64,000 bases of DNA from Gammaproteobacteria bacterium (lineage in GTDB: Bacteria > Pseudomonadota > Gammaproteobacteria > CBDBNL01 > JAAOII01). The position numbers were made by a program, and so were the translations under genes. Below, piece after piece: positions 61,072-64,000 of the stretch. The stretch lies in contig OZ242372.1 in the NCBI GenBank assembly GCA_965209035.1, forward strand, positions 1,920,001 to 1,984,000, written 5' to 3'. Numbering within the stretch: position 1 is the stretch's first letter; each line of letters starts with the position of its first letter. The notes under the pieces are model-generated. The model was not told where the DNA came from. It did not search any database and saw nothing but the letters and a program-made list of their open reading frames with translations.

Positions 61072-61983
61072 TTATGATTGCCCCAGTTTAACACGCCCAA
61101 TCCATATATACAAAAGTGTCAGGATGGTGATAATCAGAAACAAGGATGTTGAGGCACTGGCGCCGTAAGCAAACTTGGAGAAATCGAACATCTCCAACTT
61201 CCCGTAGACGGACATGCTCATTGTGGCTTCGTTATTCGGTGTGAGAACATAAATCAGATCAAAAATCCTAAGCGAATCCAACGAGCGAAAAATGATGGCG
61301 ACCATGAGCGGCTGTTTAATGAGCGGCAGTGTGATTTTGAAAAAGCGCTTAAAGGGACCTATGCCGTCAACTCGGGCGGCTTCATAGACCTCGCCGGGCA
61401 GCAGTTGCAATGCGGCCAAAGTCAGTAATGCCATGAAGGGTGTGGTCTTCCACACATCCACCATGATGATGGCGAACATTGCGGTATCCGGCGATGCCGT
61501 CCAGGCGATGGGTTCGGATAGCACACCGATTTTTATGAGAAGGTCGTTGATGATGCCGAATTGATCGTTGAGCATCCATGCCCACATTTTTGCCGACACG
61601 ATGGTCGGGATCGCCCATGGGACCAATATGGCGGCACGCAAGATGCCGCGGCCGCGAAACTCCAGGTTGAGGGCAAGGGCGATGAAAATGCCGAGGAGGG
61701 TTTCCAAAGAAACCGAAATGACCGTAAAAAACAGCGTATTGTAGACGGAACGCCACCAGTTTTCCGTTACCAGCAGACCGCGCCAGACGCCGTCCGAATA
61801 ATGAAGATAATTTTTGAAATAAACGAATTCGTAACTTTCCTGGCCGAATTCCGCCAGGTCGGTAAAACTGAAGTAAATGGTGCGTAACAAAGGCCAGGCG
61901 GCGGTGAACGCCAACACGGCCAACATCGGCACCAGGAAGATCCAGGCTGTCCTAACTTTTTGTTTTGTCAGCAGACTTGCCAT
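61072..61983 (-). CDS. Carbohydrate ABC transporter permease (MalF-like)
   Basis: WKTTPFM, YEAARVDG, FDLIYVLT. Confidence 0.93.
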   Translation of the reverse strand: MASLLTKQKVRTAWIFLVPMLAVLAFTAAWPLLRTIYFSFTDLAEFGQESYEFVYFKNYLHYSDGVWRGLLVTENWWRSVYNTLFFTVISVSLETLLGIFIALALNLEFRGRGILRAAILVPWAIPTIVSAKMWAWMLNDQFGIINDLLIKIGVLSEPIAWTASPDTAMFAIIMVDVWKTTPFMALLTLAALQLLPGEVYEAARVDGIGPFKRFFKITLPLIKQPLMVAIIFRSLDSLRIFDLIYVLTPNNEATMSMSVYGKLEMFDFSKFAYGASASTSLFLIITILTLLYIWIGRVKLGQS

Positions 61984-62161
61984 GCGATTCAGAGAATTTT
62001 AAGGAGATTTAACGAACATTAAAAAAGACTTTAAAAGTCAAAGGGCTTTACTTTAAAGGAAGAAAGGAATAAAAGAAGCGAAGAAGCAGAGAATAAAAGA
62101 TGTTCCAATAAAAGAGAGAGCCTTGCGCCCTCTCTTTCGTTTAGTTTGGCAACTTGGCAAC

Positions 62162-63448
62162 TTACCAGCCTTCGCCGCGGATGTTTTGAAGTTTTCTTTC
62201 CAGCGCATCCAAACTTGCACTTGCCGAAGCGCGACCAGTCAGGACATTGTGTGCCGCAGTCCAAAATTCTTTGGACACCTCGTTATACTTGACCTTTGCC
62301 GGTGCGGAGGGCCGCGGAACCGCTTGCGAAAGAACGCCCAGCCAGTCCGCAAAGAAGGGGACAGCCGCCAGGACATCCGCATCTTGATACAGATGCGGCA
62401 GAGTAGGCATCTTGGATCCTTGAACGGCGTTGATTTTTTGCACTTCTTCGCTTACCAGATACAAAGCCAGGGCTGTGGCGGCATCCTGATTTTCGGAGTA
62501 CTTGGAAACGGCAATATTCCAACCGCCCAAAGTGGCTGCGGAGCCGGCACCGCCTGTGGGCAGCGGGACAACGCCTATCTTGCCTTTGACCTGCGAATCT
62601 TCGGCATTTTGACCCAAGCCGTAAGCATAGGGCCAGTTGCGCATGAAGACCGCATTTCCTCGTTGCCATACGCCGCGCGCTTCTTCTTCTTGGTAGGTCG
62701 TCACGCCTGCCGGGGCGATGGTTCCAACCCAACTTGCGGCAAGTTCCAGGGCGCGTGCGGCATTTGGATTGTTAATGGAGATTGTTCCGTCCGGTTCAAT
62801 AATTTGACCGCCGCCGTGGGACTTAACCCATTCCAACGCGTCACAAGTCAGACCTTCGTAGGCGTTGCCTTGAAAAACAAAGCCGTACATGTCCGCATTA
62901 CCCGCGTCACGCTCTTGTTCCATGATGTATTGGGCAACATCCGTCATTTCTTCCCAGGTGGTCGGGGCGGTCTCGTCGTATTTTTCCAACAGATCTTTCC
63001 GATAGTAAAGTGCCGGCGCATCCGTGAAGTAGGGCAAGGCGACCAGTTTGCCGTTCGCTGTTTGTGATTCAACAATGGACGGAAAATGATTGCCGATGAC
63101 ATCCGCGGCAGCATCAGTCAGATCAACCAAATGGTTGTCTATTTGCGGCGCCCAGATAACATCTACCACATAGAGATCTATGTCTTTGGATTTGGCGTTT
63201 AGCCAGATCTTGAATTGACCGAAGATATCGGTTGTGGATGCGGGCATCTGTGTGATTTCCACTTTCTGCCCGGTGCGTTCTTCGTAGGTGTCCAGCACCG
63301 AACGCAGTATTTCTATGTCCTTGCCAACCGAGCCAATGGCAACGGCGAGAGTGTCGTCTTTTTTGGCACACGCGGTCATTCCGAAAACGAATGCAATCGC
63401 TAATACCAAGCCGGCAATGACAGAAACAATACTATGTTTATTTTTCAT
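62162..63448 (-). CDS. Sugar ABC transporter substrate-binding lipoprotein (trehalose/maltose/sucrose type)
   Basis: Signal peptide with MTAC lipobox-like site, DVIW, LYYRKDLL, YEGLTCD, FMRNWPYA, LGGWN. Confidence 0.92.
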   Translation of the reverse strand: MKNKHSIVSVIAGLVLAIAFVFGMTACAKKDDTLAVAIGSVGKDIEILRSVLDTYEERTGQKVEITQMPASTTDIFGQFKIWLNAKSKDIDLYVVDVIWAPQIDNHLVDLTDAAADVIGNHFPSIVESQTANGKLVALPYFTDAPALYYRKDLLEKYDETAPTTWEEMTDVAQYIMEQERDAGNADMYGFVFQGNAYEGLTCDALEWVKSHGGGQIIEPDGTISINNPNAARALELAASWVGTIAPAGVTTYQEEEARGVWQRGNAVFMRNWPYAYGLGQNAEDSQVKGKIGVVPLPTGGAGSAATLGGWNIAVSKYSENQDAATALALYLVSEEVQKINAVQGSKMPTLPHLYQDADVLAAVPFFADWLGVLSQAVPRPSAPAKVKYNEVSKEFWTAAHNVLTGRASASASLDALERKLQNIRGEGW

Positions 63449-63591
63449 ATTTTTACCTTTTAATTGTATTTATAAAAATTGTATCCTTTCATTATATGTG
63501 AATAACAAATGAATATTTTGCATGCATAAACGGATCCGCATGCAAGGCAGACTATGACAGCCGAAACAAACTTACCGCCCGCTTTTTCATA

Positions 63592-64000
63592 TCATCGGTC
63601 GCGGATGATGAGCAATTCGTGTGATTGCTTCACATAATGGCGGGAACCGTTCTCAATTCGGTTCTTGCCGATGCGGGTCTCGCCTTGGCCGAGCGTGTAT
63701 TGCCATTTCACCTCAAGAATCCGACAAGCCGAATACCAATCCCGGATGGGACCGCAGTCGTTATAGGAAAGAATAAATCCTCCCGTATGGGCGAGGAGGA
63801 GGTCACGCAGTTTTTCGTGATCAAAGTTTTTGTGATGCACCGGAAAGTTTCTCTGCGGATAGATACCGCGAAACATTCGGCTGTCTCCCTCCAAGTAGTA
63901 TGGCGGATCACAATACAAAAAGTCGCCTCGGTGTCGCGGAATGACATCCTCGAAAGAGGCACGGGAGACTGTCAAGCCGGGACAGTCAAAGTCGGCAACC
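63592..64000 (-). CDS. Dam/D12-class DNA adenine methylase, C-terminal part (truncated by window end)
   Basis: FLYCDPPYY, FILSYND, ELLI. Confidence 0.85.
   Translation of the reverse strand, partial: VADFDCPGLTVSRASFEDVIPRHRGDFLYCDPPYYLEGDSRMFRGIYPQRNFPVHHKNFDHEKLRDLLLAHTGGFILSYNDCGPIRDWYSACRILEVKWQYTLGQGETRIGKNRIENGSRHYVKQSHELLIIRDR

Overview
Chromosomal window from a roughly 50% GC proteobacterium; the housekeeping genes look gamma/beta-proteobacterial. In order it holds: the fabI 3' end, a PglB/STT3-type oligosaccharyltransferase, a GT61 glycosyltransferase split by one in-frame stop, mnmG-gyrA-nrdA-nrdB (NrdB has the class Ic Glu/Phe signature), glpD, aroE, mmsA, prpBC, and a beta-oxidation operon ending in a patatin-lipase/acyl-CoA-ligase fusion. 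Next come fxsA and a repeat-rich zone built from the comM 3' end (a 186-bp duplicate, five 72-bp tandem units and two further 72-73-bp-period repeat pairs), then comM. A complete AT-rich type V-A CRISPR-Cas locus follows (cas12a-cas4-cas1-cas2, about 89 spacers by hand count). An IS481-like element sits inside one repeat, a decayed copy of that IS end lies at the trailer, and an orphan repeat lies further on. The rest is folP, aroB, mlaA, glmM-mgtE-hemL, an Hpy188I-like R-M system with two diverged endonuclease copies, an alpha-glucoside ABC uptake/catabolism cluster and a partial Dam-like methylase. The best leads are the patatin-FadD fusion, the comM-end repeat structures, the IS/CRISPR-repeat association, spacers that look like translation starts, the duplicated endonuclease and the class Ic RNR. 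Family assignments come from motif recognition, not database searches.
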